A stretch of DNA of 63,998 bases, filler included, from Folioceros fuciformis (Eukaryota), in NCBI GenBank assembly GCA_049999805.1. It is 5 parts of 5 records of this genome, joined end to end, with 100 filler letters (N's around TTAATTAATTAA, not from the genome) between each part and the next. Parts side by side here need not be neighbours in the genome. Positions count along the whole stretch, not along the records: positions 1 to 27,136 come from JBNGIO010004595.1; 4 more parts are not named here. One strand, given 5' to 3'. The position numbers were made by a program, and so were the translations under genes. The notes under the pieces are model-generated. The model was not told the DNA's origin. It saw only the letters and a list, made by a program, of their open reading frames with translations, and searched no databases. Shown in pieces: positions 1 to 12,900 of this stretch. Every line of letters starts with the position of its first letter. Positions within the stretch are counted from its first letter, which is position 1.

Positions 1-1941
1 CTCCCGCTCCCGAATTTCCCAGTCAGTCTCCTTCAAACTCTTGAGCCTGCTGCACCTGAGCCACAGGAGGTCCCGGAAGCTCCGACACCGCGTCCTCCCA
101 GCAGAGAAAGCGGGAAACCAGCTCGAGGAAAGAAGCATCCAGACATCAGCAGCTGAGGCAGTTCCAGTGTCCGAATCGATCCAGTAATGTCGGATTAAGA
201 CAAGCTCCCGTACCCTCCGCTGGCAGGACAGGCTCGTAGTCTGACGAGCTGCACACAGCACAGCTGCGGAAATCAAATTTGTGGCCGTGCGGAGGGAGCG
301 GTGGAGACACATGGATCGAGGTGGAGCGCCATCCCTGCTGAGCACGGCTGGCGAGCAATGTGCATGGCCATGCATCGCGGGGAGATGAGGCTGTGCGCGT
401 CGCGCTGCGACGTGGGAGGCGGGCAGGAAGGAAGTGGAAGGAACGGGACGGCATCGCATTGGATGGCTCCATCTTCCTGCACGGGATTCCGAGCCGTCCG
501 CACCACACGCTTCTTTCCGTCTTCCGCTTTCCCCCAGAAAATAACATCAAATAATCCCTCCTACTGATCAGCCTCGTGCGTGCCCTTTCGCGCTGCCCAG
601 TACCTCGTGCACTTTGGCCAATCATGCTCTAACCCCTATCGTATCGGACCTATGAATTCACGACCATGTGGATCGCTCTGAGAGACATTAAATACCCTTC
701 GTTCGAGACATCCAGTATACGGTTTGCTTTTCTGTCATCGTGATTGCTTGTTGCTGCCACTTGTCAAGCACTATCAGTGGAATCTTTTTACCCTTCCCCA
801 ATCAGTTGCTTCCTGCCTACTTTTCCAACCTGATTTTCTACACACTGAATAGGAGCTCGGAGTGCTTGCTGCCCCACGTACTGTCTGTATTTCCAAGATT
901 CATCTCTCCTTCACCTCTTTACATCACAATCCTGCACTATTTACGGCTGCAAATATTTCTGCCTCACAATAAGTGACCTCTCCACATCACGAAACCAGCA
1001 CCATGTTCGCAAGAAGACACAGCTCTGGCAACGTGTATCAGAAACCAGCACGGACACCGACCCATACCTGCAACATTTCACCTCTACGTTATTAGAACCA
1101 TGTCAGCTGTTAGCCTTGTGTAAAACACTCCCAAGGATCAGACGGAAATTACGGTCAAAGACGGAAAACGGATCAGGAGGGAATTCCCACCTCCTACAAT
1201 GCATGCAAGGAGGACGTCTTCACAGGCTTCTGCTTTTCTCGCTTCCTGGACCTCACTGCTTACACGTTCAAAGCAATAGCAGTCGCACACGTAATGCGGC
1301 TGAATGCTTCTTATGGCGGTCAACATGCTTACGTAGTCTCACCACAGGCGCCTGACACCTTTCTTTGAAGAACTGCTGACTATGGCAAATGGAGCAAAGC
1401 ACTCCAAATGCACATAGGTCCCACCGTATGAAACGCATGTCCACCGAGATACATCGGATCCCAGAGTCTCCGCCTCTTCCTGAAAATATCTGTCTCCTAA
1501 CACAAGCCCGAAGCACGGACACTGCAGTTGAATGATCGCCTGGAACAATGCCTTCGTGCTGCGTGTTTCTGTGTAGATCTGGGTTGCCAATCGGTTGTTA
1601 AGCAGTCATATACCCTAACTTGAGAGCAAAACATCAAGCAGTGCACGACGTCTTCAACCGACGTTTGGCATGAACAAAGACTCCTCTAAGTTCAGACCCT
1701 GCCATGAACCCTTCTCCTATTGTAGCTGCCGATCCATAACACATGTAGAGAGCCTGGGCATGTTGTGTCAAACCATGGTCGACATATACTTCACGCTCCT
1801 GCTGAACGCAGCAAAGTGAATTGCTTCTAAAACCGAGCTTCTGAGTATCTCAACCCTAAAGCTATTTCTGAGAGGTTTGTTCGTTTAGCACGGTGGTCGT
1901 GAGGAGGAGTCTGTGACTGTACTGCCATTGCTTGCACCGAG

Positions 1942-2331
1942 ATGTTGCGCGCCGCCGTGCTACGGTCGAGGCAGGCAGTGCGCTGCAAAGAATGCAGCCC
2001 ATCATACTATCCTCTCCGGGGCGTTCTTCGAGATTGTGAATTGACACAACTTCCAGAGGTTGCGAGGAAGCAAGTGCGGGGCTTGTCATACGTCGGGGAT
2101 CACACGTCCAAGTGGTTATCCAAGACCAGTGGCAAGACGCCGATGGAGCTCATAGCAGAAGTTCCTCCGATCACTGTCAAGAGTAGAATTGTTGCTTGCG
2201 AAGGACTCAAGGATCCTGCTCTCGGCCATCCGGTGGAGTACATCTGCTTGGACCTTCCCGACCCCGCAGTTTGCAAGTATTGCGGGCTTCGATACGTGCA
2301 GGACCATGGCCATGGCGGAGGACATCACTAG
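1942..2331 (+). CDS. NDUFS6: Mitochondrial complex I 13 kDa Fe-S subunit 6 (zf-CHCC)
   Basis: Single ORF with Arg-rich presequence (MLRAAVLRSR) and the motifs KTPMELIAEVPPI, ACEG..DPALGHPVEYICLD, CKYCGLRY. Confidence 0.9.
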   Translation: MLRAAVLRSRQAVRCKECSPSYYPLRGVLRDCELTQLPEVARKQVRGLSYVGDHTSKWLSKTSGKTPMELIAEVPPITVKSRIVACEGLKDPALGHPVEYICLDLPDPAVCKYCGLRYVQDHGHGGGHH

Positions 2332-3050
2332 GGTTTTCGTTCATCTTGAGAATCGAAGTCCTCACAGTTTGTTGACATCCAATTTCTGTAACATGTAAGA
2401 TTTTGGCCAGGGCCAGATTTTGGTATGCACATCGTGCTAAAGCTTGGACTCATCGACTGGTGGATTCGTATTACGTATTTGACAGTTAGGAAGAGCCTCT
2501 TGTTCTGTGGAGGGCTTCAGAAGCCATGGCGGTAGGCACTGGTATTATGGCAATTTTCACAATTTTCCGCTGGACTCCAGAAGTCTCAGTGGTCGGTTCT
2601 GAGATTTTTTTTGCGAGATGGATGGTCGGGTTGAATCCAAGGAATTTGGAAATTCTCTCAATCCTTGCTCAAGCTGCACTTTTCTCCAATCGTTTGCGAT
2701 ACCTGCCTTGACTTCAGCGCACTGGATCATATACAACTAGAACTTGTGGTTAACAGTCTGTTAGTAAAACTCTTGGCAGCGAATTTGTATCTCTCCATTC
2801 AATAGGATACAAAGGTTGTTTCAGCTGCTCGCCACAGCATACCAATCTCCAACTTCACCCGACGTCAACAACTCTCTCTCCCGACGATTGATCCACGTCA
2901 ACAACACTACACCAGCTGCGAACCCTAAGCGCGTGCAAGGTCCCTGAATCGAAGGCTGGTTCGAATCACACGGTTCAGAATTTTGCCATACCCGAACCCG
3001 TCGTATGGTTGCCAAGCACCCTTGAAACTGGTGGAGAATCCCCGCTGACA

Positions 3051-4774
3051 ATGGTAATGGCTTTGGCGCCGGGAGTGCGCCTCTGTCACGGCTATCAATC
3101 GGAAACGTTTAGTGCAAGCTCTAGATTCGGTAATGGCGTGGCTGTGAGGACGAGGTGCACTCCCAGGTTGGGCGGTACCAGGCCAAAGCATTCTATAGTC
3201 ACTTGCAGTTTGCTTGGTGGAGGGAAGAAGTCTGAAGACATCGAGAGCTCCGATGAGCAGAAGAAGGTGTGGTAGATTTTCGGCATGCGTTTGAATCTCC
3301 TGTGCAACGGGTCTGATTCTCGCTCGTCATGTGCAGGCAGGGCTGTTTAGGAACATTGAGGGCTTGTACGAAACTGTTCAGGAGGTAAGGCGGGTGGAAG
3401 CAGCGAAGGAAGTAAAAGCTTGCCGCAGATTATGAATTCGATTTTCTTGGAGTGGAGTGAGCTAATGATCAGCCCTTTGCACCTGCGCAGCAAAAGCAGG
3501 AGTTATACACTGTTGGTGACTTCATGACTCCTGCCAGTGAGCTCCTTGTTGCCAAAAAAAACACAACACTCGACGAGGGTAAGAGTCCATTTGTGTAAGG
3601 GTTATCGGAGGGAGCCTTGACGTTGGTCATCTGTTTTCTGGTTTCTGACGAGTTGTGCGCTGTCTCTTGTCAGCTCTGGAGGCTCTGGTGGATAATCGAA
3701 TAACAGGCATGCCAGTGGTTGACGACAATGGCNNNNNNNNNNNNNNNNNNNNNNNNNNNNNNNNNNNNNNNNNNNNNNNNNNNNNNNNNNNNNNNNNNNN
3801 NNNNNNNNNNNNNNNNNNNNNNNNNNNNNNNNTGCTTCGCTGTTAGGGAGCGGTTATTCCTCGCATGGTAACCTTGGGGGGAATTCACAGCAAGTATGGA
3901 TGAATTTCGCATGACCGGCTATTTTTTGCATTTGTCGTGTGGTGCTGCAGATTGGTGTCGTCTCTGATTATGATCTGCTTGCGTTGGACTCGATATCAGG
4001 TATGCAGTTTTCTGACGCTGGTAGAGGTCATGAGCAGCTCCCTGAAAGAGGAGTGGATTTTGAATGAGCAGGGGACGTCACTGACAATTCAATTGAACCT
4101 TGTTGTCTCCTGACAGGAAAGCTTCCAGCTGAGATGGGTCTCTTCCCCGAGCCTGGAAGGACTTGGAAGGTATTTTCCTGCTGTACAATTTCGATACTGT
4201 TGTGAAGCCGTGTTCTTGTGAGACGGTGCCTCTCATTTCTGTACATTCGAAGCCTGGGATTTTGTGGGGTAATTAGATTTTGTGCCCATTGCATCCATGT
4301 TGTGTAAATGGTATCAGGCATTCAAGGAGATACAGAGGCTTCTCATCAAGACTCATGGCAAAACCGTAGGCGAAGTGATGACTCCCTCACCTCTTGTAGT
4401 TCGAGAGATGACTAACCTTGAAGACGCAGCCAGGTGAATGTCCAGCTTTTATTCGGATGGATTGACGAAGTTGACAAATACTCGGGACCCTGATACCTGA
4501 CCCGGGCCTGTTCCTATGGTGCCAGGTTGCTTCTGGACAGCAAATATAGGCGACTACCTGTTGTTGATGACGGAGGAAAGCTAGTGAGTTCGCTTTTCAT
4601 CCTTCTACGTATAATTATCCTGCGATGTGACTTCTGGTGGACTAATGGATGTTGCTATCGTATACTACTTGGTTTACGCTGCAGGTTGGTCTGCTTACAC
4701 GGGGTAATGTAGTGAGGGCTGCTCTGCAAATGAAACGGGCGGCAGTGAAGGTTTATAAGGAAAGTCGACCGTAA
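3051..4774 (+). CDS. Chloroplast CBS-domain protein, CBSX1/CBSX2-like (multi-exon; assembly gap 3733-3832)
   Basis: GT-AG exons give a transit-peptide-like N-terminus, then YTVGDFMT, LVDNRITGMPVVDD, IGVVSDYDLLALDSIS, TWKAFKEIQRLL..T.GKTVGEVMTPSPLVVRE.TNLEDAARLLLDSKYRRLPVVD, VGLLTRGNVVRAALQMK; stop TAA 4772-4774. Confidence 0.9.
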
Positions 4775-5541
4775 GCGTTGCCTTACTTCCGGCTAGAAAA
4801 ACAAACGAGGCATGATGTAGCCTTTCCACGCCCCTTCATGTCTTCGCAATTGAGTACCCACATCATTTTCACTTTGTGCCAAGCTATGCACCGAGTTGAT
4901 GTACATATCATTGTATTCCACATTGCCAAACTCTAACAAAATGCCCTAGGAGGGGAAAATGACAGGACCTTTCACTGTCTTTTGTGGCTGGGTTTTGTGC
5001 CAATTTTACTGTCAACAGCGTAGTGAGGGATAAAGAGTGCGAGCTTCGATTATAATTAGCACAGCACAGATTAGTAAGGTCTGTTGTGGTCCCATCAGTA
5101 AATGTGTGTAAATATCCTGAATGTACGTGTATCTTGTGTGGTTGGAGTTATACATAGCTACGCGAAACTTACAAGGATCTGTGTGCAACGAGGTCTGTAG
5201 CTGACGCCATAAAAGGCATGCAGCTTTCCCCTGCAAACAGGTGGTTTCTGTTGGGGTAGTGTCGTCTGCGACTAGGAGGCTTAAATCATCTTGCTGGGTC
5301 TAAACCCCCATCAGATGTAGGACTATACTCTTCCTGTTCCTATGTGTTGGTGGGGAGGACCACCGTCTCCAAGGTACTGGATCAAACATGTTTGACTCCT
5401 GTGGATCTATTGCGGGCCAGTTCCTACACTGTCTCCGCCAAGGGTGTGGTATCTGTAGGTGGTCACGTTAGATGATTCAAGCCTTCATGGCTGAGGAATT
5501 TCCCCCTTGAAAAGGCCTGATATGAGCTAGTAAGGGAAAGG

Positions 5542-8500
5542 TCAGTTGATTATGGAACCCAGCTCAGAAAAATCCCAGAACAGAACATCAGAGTTGAGAA
5601 CTCCGTCAATAGCAGCATCAGCGGCAGCTAGGCTGGTGCTGCTGCAGCTGCTCCCACTCGCCGAAGGACTCCAAGGATTTTTGCTGTCTTCGTGATTTGG
5701 GCTGCCATCCTTTTTTGCCAAGTCACTGGAATCGGCAATCTGCATGTTCTGGCTCTGGCTCGGGCTGCACCCGCTTTCACTGGGACTGGCAGGCGGGCTG
5801 CTCCTTCCACCTTGTCCCATGTCTTGCTCCTCAACGTCCGTCTGTGGTTTCCCGAAGGAAGGAATCAGAAGGTCCTGCTGCGCCAGCTGCCCATGTGGTG
5901 CTACCGGTATCTGCATCGCTGCCGTCGACTTCTGCCCATACAAACCAGCCTGTCGGTCATGGGACTCATGCAGGTCCAAGAAGCTCCGGAATCCCTGGTT
6001 CTGGGCCTGTACTGGCGAGCTCGGCAGATGTAATCCCAGGCTGGTAGGTGGAGAAGACCCAGGGAGATTCCCCCCCCATGAGGGCAATCCCTTGCAAAGG
6101 CTCTGGGGCTGCATCTGAAATTCCATGCCCCCCATGTTGGGCATGATGCCCAATGAAGTTGTCGCGCTCACTCCCTGCGGATCCATGAGAATGTCCATCA
6201 CCGACTTGGATGCTGCCTCTGATCCTCCCACGCTAGGGCCCATAGGTATGAACTGGTGCCCCGGGATGCTGTAGTTCTGCGTCGCCTCTCCAGAAAACCT
6301 GCTCCGCATAGCCGCTACAGCCATGTTGTGAGAAGACTGATCAGGCTTCAAGAACCCGGAGTTGGGATCCGCCATCATTGCCCCGTTGCAGTGAGGGCTG
6401 TTCGGCGTGCTTCCTGCGTTCCCCACAACGTACATTCCCTGCACAGACGTCCCCGGGACGTTGGATTGCACGGCCTTGGTTAAGCTGCATTTAATCTTTT
6501 GCACAACAGCGTCAGACATGCGTGCCGACGCTGGGTCGCTCCCACATCGCTGATCGCTCAGCGTCCCAGACTCGTACGCTGTGGAAAGAACGGACTTCGG
6601 GCTGGCGGTGCCTCGAGGCAGCTGAAACACGCAAATTCCAAACTCAGATGTCACGAACTCTTCGAGTGGCAAAATTTCTGTTAGATAGATGTCTCTGAGG
6701 GTCGGGGAATTTCCTCGTGTGTGCATACCTGACTGGTCGTTGCAACCAAATCAGACCACGATTGCCGCCCGTTTGGAACTGCATTGCGAGGATTAGCGTT
6801 GGCGCCCATCGATCCTTCTAGCTGCCAGTCTGGTCTCTTTCTCATGAGGACATTGAGCATGTCATCCTTGAAGCAACCCAAGGCAGCTTCAGCAATCTCC
6901 CCCCCTTTGGGCAGCGCCATGCTTCCAGCCAGATCTGCCAGCAGCTGCGAGATGGGTTTGTGCGTGATGGGATCAATTCCCATCTCGCACAATTTCTTCT
7001 TCAGTCTGGTGTTCCAATAGTTCTTCACATCGTTATCCGTGCGGCCTGGTAATTGAGCAGCTATGAGAGACCATCTGTTGCACATCCAATCCAAACACGG
7101 AACCAAGGCAAGCCGTGTTGTGTTAAACGACCTGAGTGTATTTACACTAACATAATCCAATTTTTCACACCACGAGGCTTATCGCTTCGCGCAGACGAGG
7201 CACATACACATCAGCAAGGAACCTTTCGGGAACCGTACCCGAGACCTACTATTAGCTAGGCGAAGTCGCTAACCACAGCAATACAAGTCCCTGATAACAC
7301 GCATGGAACCTTTGAACCGACGACTCCAAGTCAACAAGTCAACAGGTCAACAGGGCAGCAAGTGACACCCGACAGGTACCAACAACTGGCGGGAGGAAGG
7401 AGAGGGGAAAGGAAGGAAGGCAGGGAGGAAGAATAAGGGGCCCAGTCACGACACGCTGCTGGTACGACATGGCCGACAGCTTCTCGTGACGAGGCTGCCA
7501 TCCAGGCGAGGACGAGGAGGGTGTAGAAGCAAGAGAGGTTGCGGAACGGTGAGGAGATCATGAGCTGCCGTTGTACAGTGTCACAGGGTACTTCAGAGGA
7601 AGCAGGACATTAGCACTCACAGGCTTCAGGTTTTCTGTTCCACCACCTGAGAAACTGTTAGAAATGTCGAAAGACCGTGGACATCACTAGGGGCGCTGGC
7701 CATATATCCACGTCTGCTACCCTTCTGTAACCGACCTGGTGATGGCTCAGCAACTATGCTGTACACAACCCACTGCGTACTGTACTGATCTTGACAATCT
7801 GAACGCACAGTGTGACAGCAGCAAAGCAGAGGATGCCTCAGTGCGCCAACTGTTGTGTAGACTGGGACACCTGTCGAGCAATTCCTTGACAGGCAGGCCT
7901 ACGGGAGATTCGGCAGATTAGTCGCACATCTTGTTGATTCTTCCGGGGGAGCTTCCAGGTTCCATCCGGGCAAACGGACAAGGCGGCCCAGGCCTACAGC
8001 AGCAGCAGCAGCAGCCATGGCCGCGAGGAAGACAATGTAAAAGCCTTAAGAAACCAAGTCCTCAATGAGCATGAGCTCTGAAGAAGCGACCAAGCCCGAG
8101 GAAGACCCTGACTCGACACCCACCCGTGGCAGGAAGCGACTGCGAGATCCCTGACTCCACACCAACAGTCGGAAGACGCGACTTCGAGAGCCAACCTATC
8201 GCCTGGAGAAAACAAGGCTTGACTTCGGGCCAAACAAATTGAGACACCACAACCAGGCTGCCTGAGAAACACGGCAAAACGGGATGGGCAGCTGCTACGA
8301 CCTTGGCAGTGAAATCATTCCGCCTACGGCATGCCCACACTTGTCTCTCACGATACGACAGAGTTGGTCTGGACCAAAATTTGTATGATCTCTGTACAGA
8401 CCCATGCATCATTCTTGAATGATGCACTGCTGTACATTCACTGAGTCTAAAATCTCTCCAGTACGAGTACATAGCGGCAATCTTTCAGGTACTTCCAAGT

Positions 8501-9251
8501 ATGTAATGGTACCTACTGCGGTACTCACCGTAACAAGCAATCTAATACGCTTCACTCACTCATACACACACGCAATCGCTATCTGCGGGTTTGCATAGAC
8601 CTAACTGACCCGCCATCAATTCAAGCAAGCTCTCACTCACACAGCACAGCAGACTAAAGGGCACACAGTTTGGAGCTTCATTTTCAAAGGAAGGCAGCAG
8701 CTCAGACTCACCTGCTTCCCAGGGCGGCGTGCAGGTTGACAATGAGCTGCTCTTCGTGGTCTGTGAACCTGCCATGCTTCAGGTCGGGCCGAAGATAATT
8801 CGTCCATCGCAGCCGACAGCTTTTCCCGCACCTCTGCAGGCCTGTAACGGTTCCACATGTGGGAACATTGTTAGCACTGTTCTCAAGCTTGGAGTGTGGA
8901 CTCGTAACCTCGCATTCCAAGAGCTCGCTGAGAAGTGGGATGTTGTAATAAAAATTTACCAGAACTAGGCAATGCAGATCATGCCCAGGCCAGTACGCTT
9001 TCAAATTCTTGTGCCTCAAGGACAAGCATGACATCAATTCTACTTGAGCCTCTGATGGGTTCCAGACAGAAGGTGGGTTTGTGTTCCTACTAGGGCAAGT
9101 TATGCGACGAATTCTCACCAGCCTTTTTGGGAAGAGTCCGCCAGCTGCCTGTGCCATGTTGCCCTATGCAGGCCATGAGCTTGGCATCCTCCTCTGGAGT
9201 CCAGGGCCCCCGTTTCACACTATCTTTCTCGCAGCATGGAGCCCTCCCCAT
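5542..9251 (-). CDS. MYB80: R2R3-MYB transcription factor, MYB80 (MS188/MYB103) clade; exons 9251-9119, 8841-8712, 7074-6729, 6621-5542
   Basis: Canonical 133-nt and 130-nt first exons ([22 protein letters not shown]...[24 protein letters not shown]), [23 protein letters not shown], and the MYB80-type post-MYB motif GIDPITHKP...[13 protein letters not shown]. Confidence 0.9.
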
Positions 9252-9892
9252 GCAACCCAGTTTCTTCACGAAATTGCAATGCGCAGAAATTGCTCTGTTC
9301 TGTTCAGCTCTGCTCGCTTGCTGTTACGAACCCCGCTCAAAGCCCCTCGGAGGAGCAGATCGGACTGCCAAATCCGGGGGCTAGTTACATGCCTGTGGGC
9401 ATCCCAAGCGATTGAGTTGGCGCACAGATTCTCGAAACCAGCTCCTGAAACTCGTCCTAAGCCTTGAATCTACAGGAAGGAACTTGCCCGGTTCAGGATC
9501 GGAGAGGGAGTCTGAGAATGATTTCAAGACTTGTGACTGCCTTGGAGCTCGACGGCTGCCGCAATTACTTCCACGATTCCACAAATTGCGCGCACCGGCA
9601 GCTTAATTGAGTTGCATGTCATCAACTGTCAGGCAGTCTTGGAGCAGGGAATGAAGCATTCAAACTCGTGATCCCACGCGCACAGCACAATACTTTGAAA
9701 CAAGCCTTCTTTGTGGCCCCGGATGCGATGCGCAAGAATTGGGTTCCTCGCACCCCACGCAAATATGAGTGACCTCTGACGACCAGCTAGCAAAGCCCGC
9801 GGCAGCTTCGAGTCGGCAACTTGGACTTAGAGAATCAACAGCAGAGAAGGGCAGTGTTGCGGCAGTTGCTGAGGGAAAGCTTAGGCATCCAT

Positions 9893-9913
9893 TGACAAGG
9901 AGAGAGAGCAGCA
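9893..9913 (-). promoter_or_regulatory. Candidate miR535-complementary site in the putative MYB80 5' leader
   Basis: Plus strand reads TGACAAGGAGAGAGAGCA, matching 17 of the first 18 nt of miR535 (UGACAACGAGAGAGAGCACGC, recalled sequence); no star arm nearby. Confidence 0.3.
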
Positions 9914-12900
9914 GCTCAATGCTGCACCGGCAGTGGCAGCCGCAATTTCGATTCGAGAAGGTGAGGCTCGAGGAACTTGGCTGCAGCGGCGGAGGGGGGG
10001 CAAAACAGGAGCAGAAGCAGAAGCAGGAGCAGGAGCGGGAGATGGAGCTGGAGCAGGAGGAGGACCTGGGTGTAGAGCTGAGAGGAGCAAGGCGGAGCAC
10101 GGGGGGGCTAACACAGTGCCGCGGGGGATCATCTGGGCGAGCCGCCGCCGGAGGAAGCAGGCAGCAAGGCAACAAGGCAGACAGGGAGGCGCTTGCAAGC
10201 ACAGGCCTGGGCCGAGGGAATCAATCCACGAACCGGTCCTGCTTCTGCTGTATAAGCAAGGGCGGGATCGAAGGGGAGAGAAGCATCACCCAACAGCGGC
10301 GGCAGCGACAGCGGCAGCTGGGGAGAGAGATGCAGGGAGCGAGCGGCGAGATAATCACACCAGCCCAAGAGCGGAGAGAGATGACGCTTCCCGACTCCGT
10401 CCTCGTCCCTGTCTTGGGCAAGCTACGATGAACCACCTGTCCTGTTCCGACGTTGAGCATCCGGAGGCGGGGCAGCGAGGCAACCCATTTCAGCCGTGGT
10501 CAATGATCGTTCACTGTAATCGCCTGACTGACCCGACTACTGCTCCAAAAATCCGGCAACCTTCCGTGAATTCTTGGTTCCTGGAGAAATCCTGGGAGAC
10601 ATGCAAGTACGGTACAGCCTCCCACGTCAGGCCGCGGTGTTGGGGTGTGTCGGAACCCAAACTTGTCAGTCCCAAGTCCTCTCTCCTCCGTCCGTCTCCT
10701 CCTCCCGCCTCCAGTCCGAGCGTCGATGCGGCAGGCGGTTGGAGTACTGTCTTCATTACTGAGCTCAGCTACACACTACGATACATGAAGCGACCAAGGA
10801 AGCCTGCTGCCGACCTTCCTCTGCGGCGTCGCCTCCTGCCAAAGTACCGTGCACTCTTCTCTGGCCTCGACTTGTGTGTCGACACTTTTGGCAGTGCGAC
10901 ACCTCAAAGCTCAGCTCAGGATCGCGAGTGAGTGAGTTAGATCTTAAAGAAGGCTTAAATCAAAGCGAAGCAAAGCAAAGACGACCCGTCTTCCATCTTC
11001 CAATTCCGATGGACAGGCACAGGCCAGAATTGGCCGCCATAGGCTGGCGGAAGGTAGCCGGGTGACGGGACAACCGGCGAGGCACCGGGGCCCAGCCCTT
11101 GCAGCCAAGCTCAGCCGGTTTCTCCTTTCGGGCGGCACGGAACGGGACCCGGAGGTGTGAACGGAATCCGTACGGTCAGCACACGATGTTGACTTTGACG
11201 CGCTGTGGACCCGATTTGACCGCTTGACCGGCCCCTAATGGCGTGAAAGGCAAGATGACGGCGACGGGCGGGGAAGGGCCGAGCCCTAACGCGGAAACGG
11301 GGCCCGTTGCGTGGGCGCGCAGAACATGTGAGCCCTCGGGGCCCCCATTGCGTTTGCTGCGCTCTGCCCTTTCCCACCCCTTTGCCCTTCGCTTGGATGG
11401 AGCTTAACAGTAACAGTAACAGTAGCAGTCACGTGATCTCAACGATCCATAACGGAAAAACGAAACCCTTTCGGTTGCGAATCGCGAATCATGCTGCTTC
11501 GCGTTTCACAGCTTTCGAGGCGCAGGGACGGGGCAAGCCTGCATCCTGAGGCCGGGTCTTTATTCGGGTCCGTGTAAGAAGAGGTTCTTCTCCAGTTTTA
11601 CCTTTGGGGGTAAATTCGGGACACCTGCGGGAGGGAGGAAGGAATTGGAAGGAACTGGAGGAAGGGAGCGGAAACTTGGAAGGACGATTTGGGGGGTCAA
11701 GAGAAGGAGTTGGGATTAGGGAGCAGTACAGGAGCAGCAGCAGCAGCACACCAGTAGAGGTCAAGGACGAAGGAAAGGGAAAAGAAGCAAGAAGAAGATA
11801 GGTGATATACGATGAGGTCAAGGAAAGAAAGGAGGTGTGTTAGGGCCGAGGAGCTGGAAAGGAAGGATGCCATCAAAGAATGGAGTCAAGCAAATGAGGT
11901 TGCTTAGAGCGTGTTGTATTCTTCAGCATGGATTCTAGAAGGTGCGATGCCGTGGACGGCCGGAGCACCTGCAAGCGTCATCCTGTAGCGCTATTGTGGC
12001 ACGAGGAAGTCAGGGAAGGGTTAAGGAAAGAGCCATACACGGTCCGGGATCCTGCGGCTGCTACCTTAGGGTCCGTGCCCGGACAAGGGCTAGCCTAGGA
12101 CTTTCAAGAGCAGGGGCCGGATGATAGCCGAGCTGCAGCTGTGATGTCAGGGGCTGCGGTTGTTCTTTGTCTTGTGTGCCTTAGCTTGACTGGAGCATAA
12201 AGGTGATTTGTCTGATTGTCGAGTGCTGAGGTCGGAATGTGCTGGGACGAGGAGCATGGGATACGAAAACGTGGCTGCAGGGCTGCGAATTTGTTTACGT
12301 ATGGGTTGTGGAGTGTGGGCATGGGCTGCACATGTATGTACAGGATTGTGGCGTGGTAATTTAGTGCATGGGATGGGAGACGTCTGCTGTGGGGCTGGAC
12401 AGTCAGGGACGACGACGAACAGAAGCGGATGGCGAAGCCGTCCGTGCAAGGTTATGCAGGGAATATATGGGCCCATGGGTGCGCCCGCCACAACAGAAGC
12501 ATGATGGATAGTGCGGCTAGGCATTGCAAGGACTGATAATCCAAGACCCCCTTTCTGGCGCTGTAGCAACCAACGCCACTCATGAAAGCCTCATGTTTCG
12601 GCTGCCCCTCACACCACATCACCCTGACTCCCTAAGGGCTTACATTCATCGCATTATTTTATTACGCCTCTGGCTTCCAGGCAGATACGGATATCTGTAT
12701 GTGTGCACCAGGTGTCTGGGAATGTGTGATTGTCCCCCACCTGGCTCCTTTACTCGGTGGAGTGAAGTAGAAGTGAACCACACAAATCAGCCCATGAGGT
12801 GATCGCAAGCATCACCCCACTGCTAGCTAGTAGCCCTTTCTTGAGCGACCTGTACGTGGCTAGACTAGACTGATTCTGCCTGTGGACATGTTAGTAACAT

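Noticed and set aside
1942-2331. NDUFS6 as a retrocopy because it is intronless
   Set aside because: No poly-A or TSD; a short in-frame intron in the presequence region cannot be excluded; no parent gene available to compare.
9646-9657. Partial match to the 3' end of miR166 (gcttcattccc, minus strand)
   Set aside because: Only 11 nt, no hairpin, wrong part of the miRNA; expected by chance.
9660-10931. Long ORFs of 180-332 aa upstream of MYB80
   Set aside because: Low-complexity GA/CT-rich, GC-rich sequence open in several frames on both strands with no domain; better explained as leader/promoter DNA.
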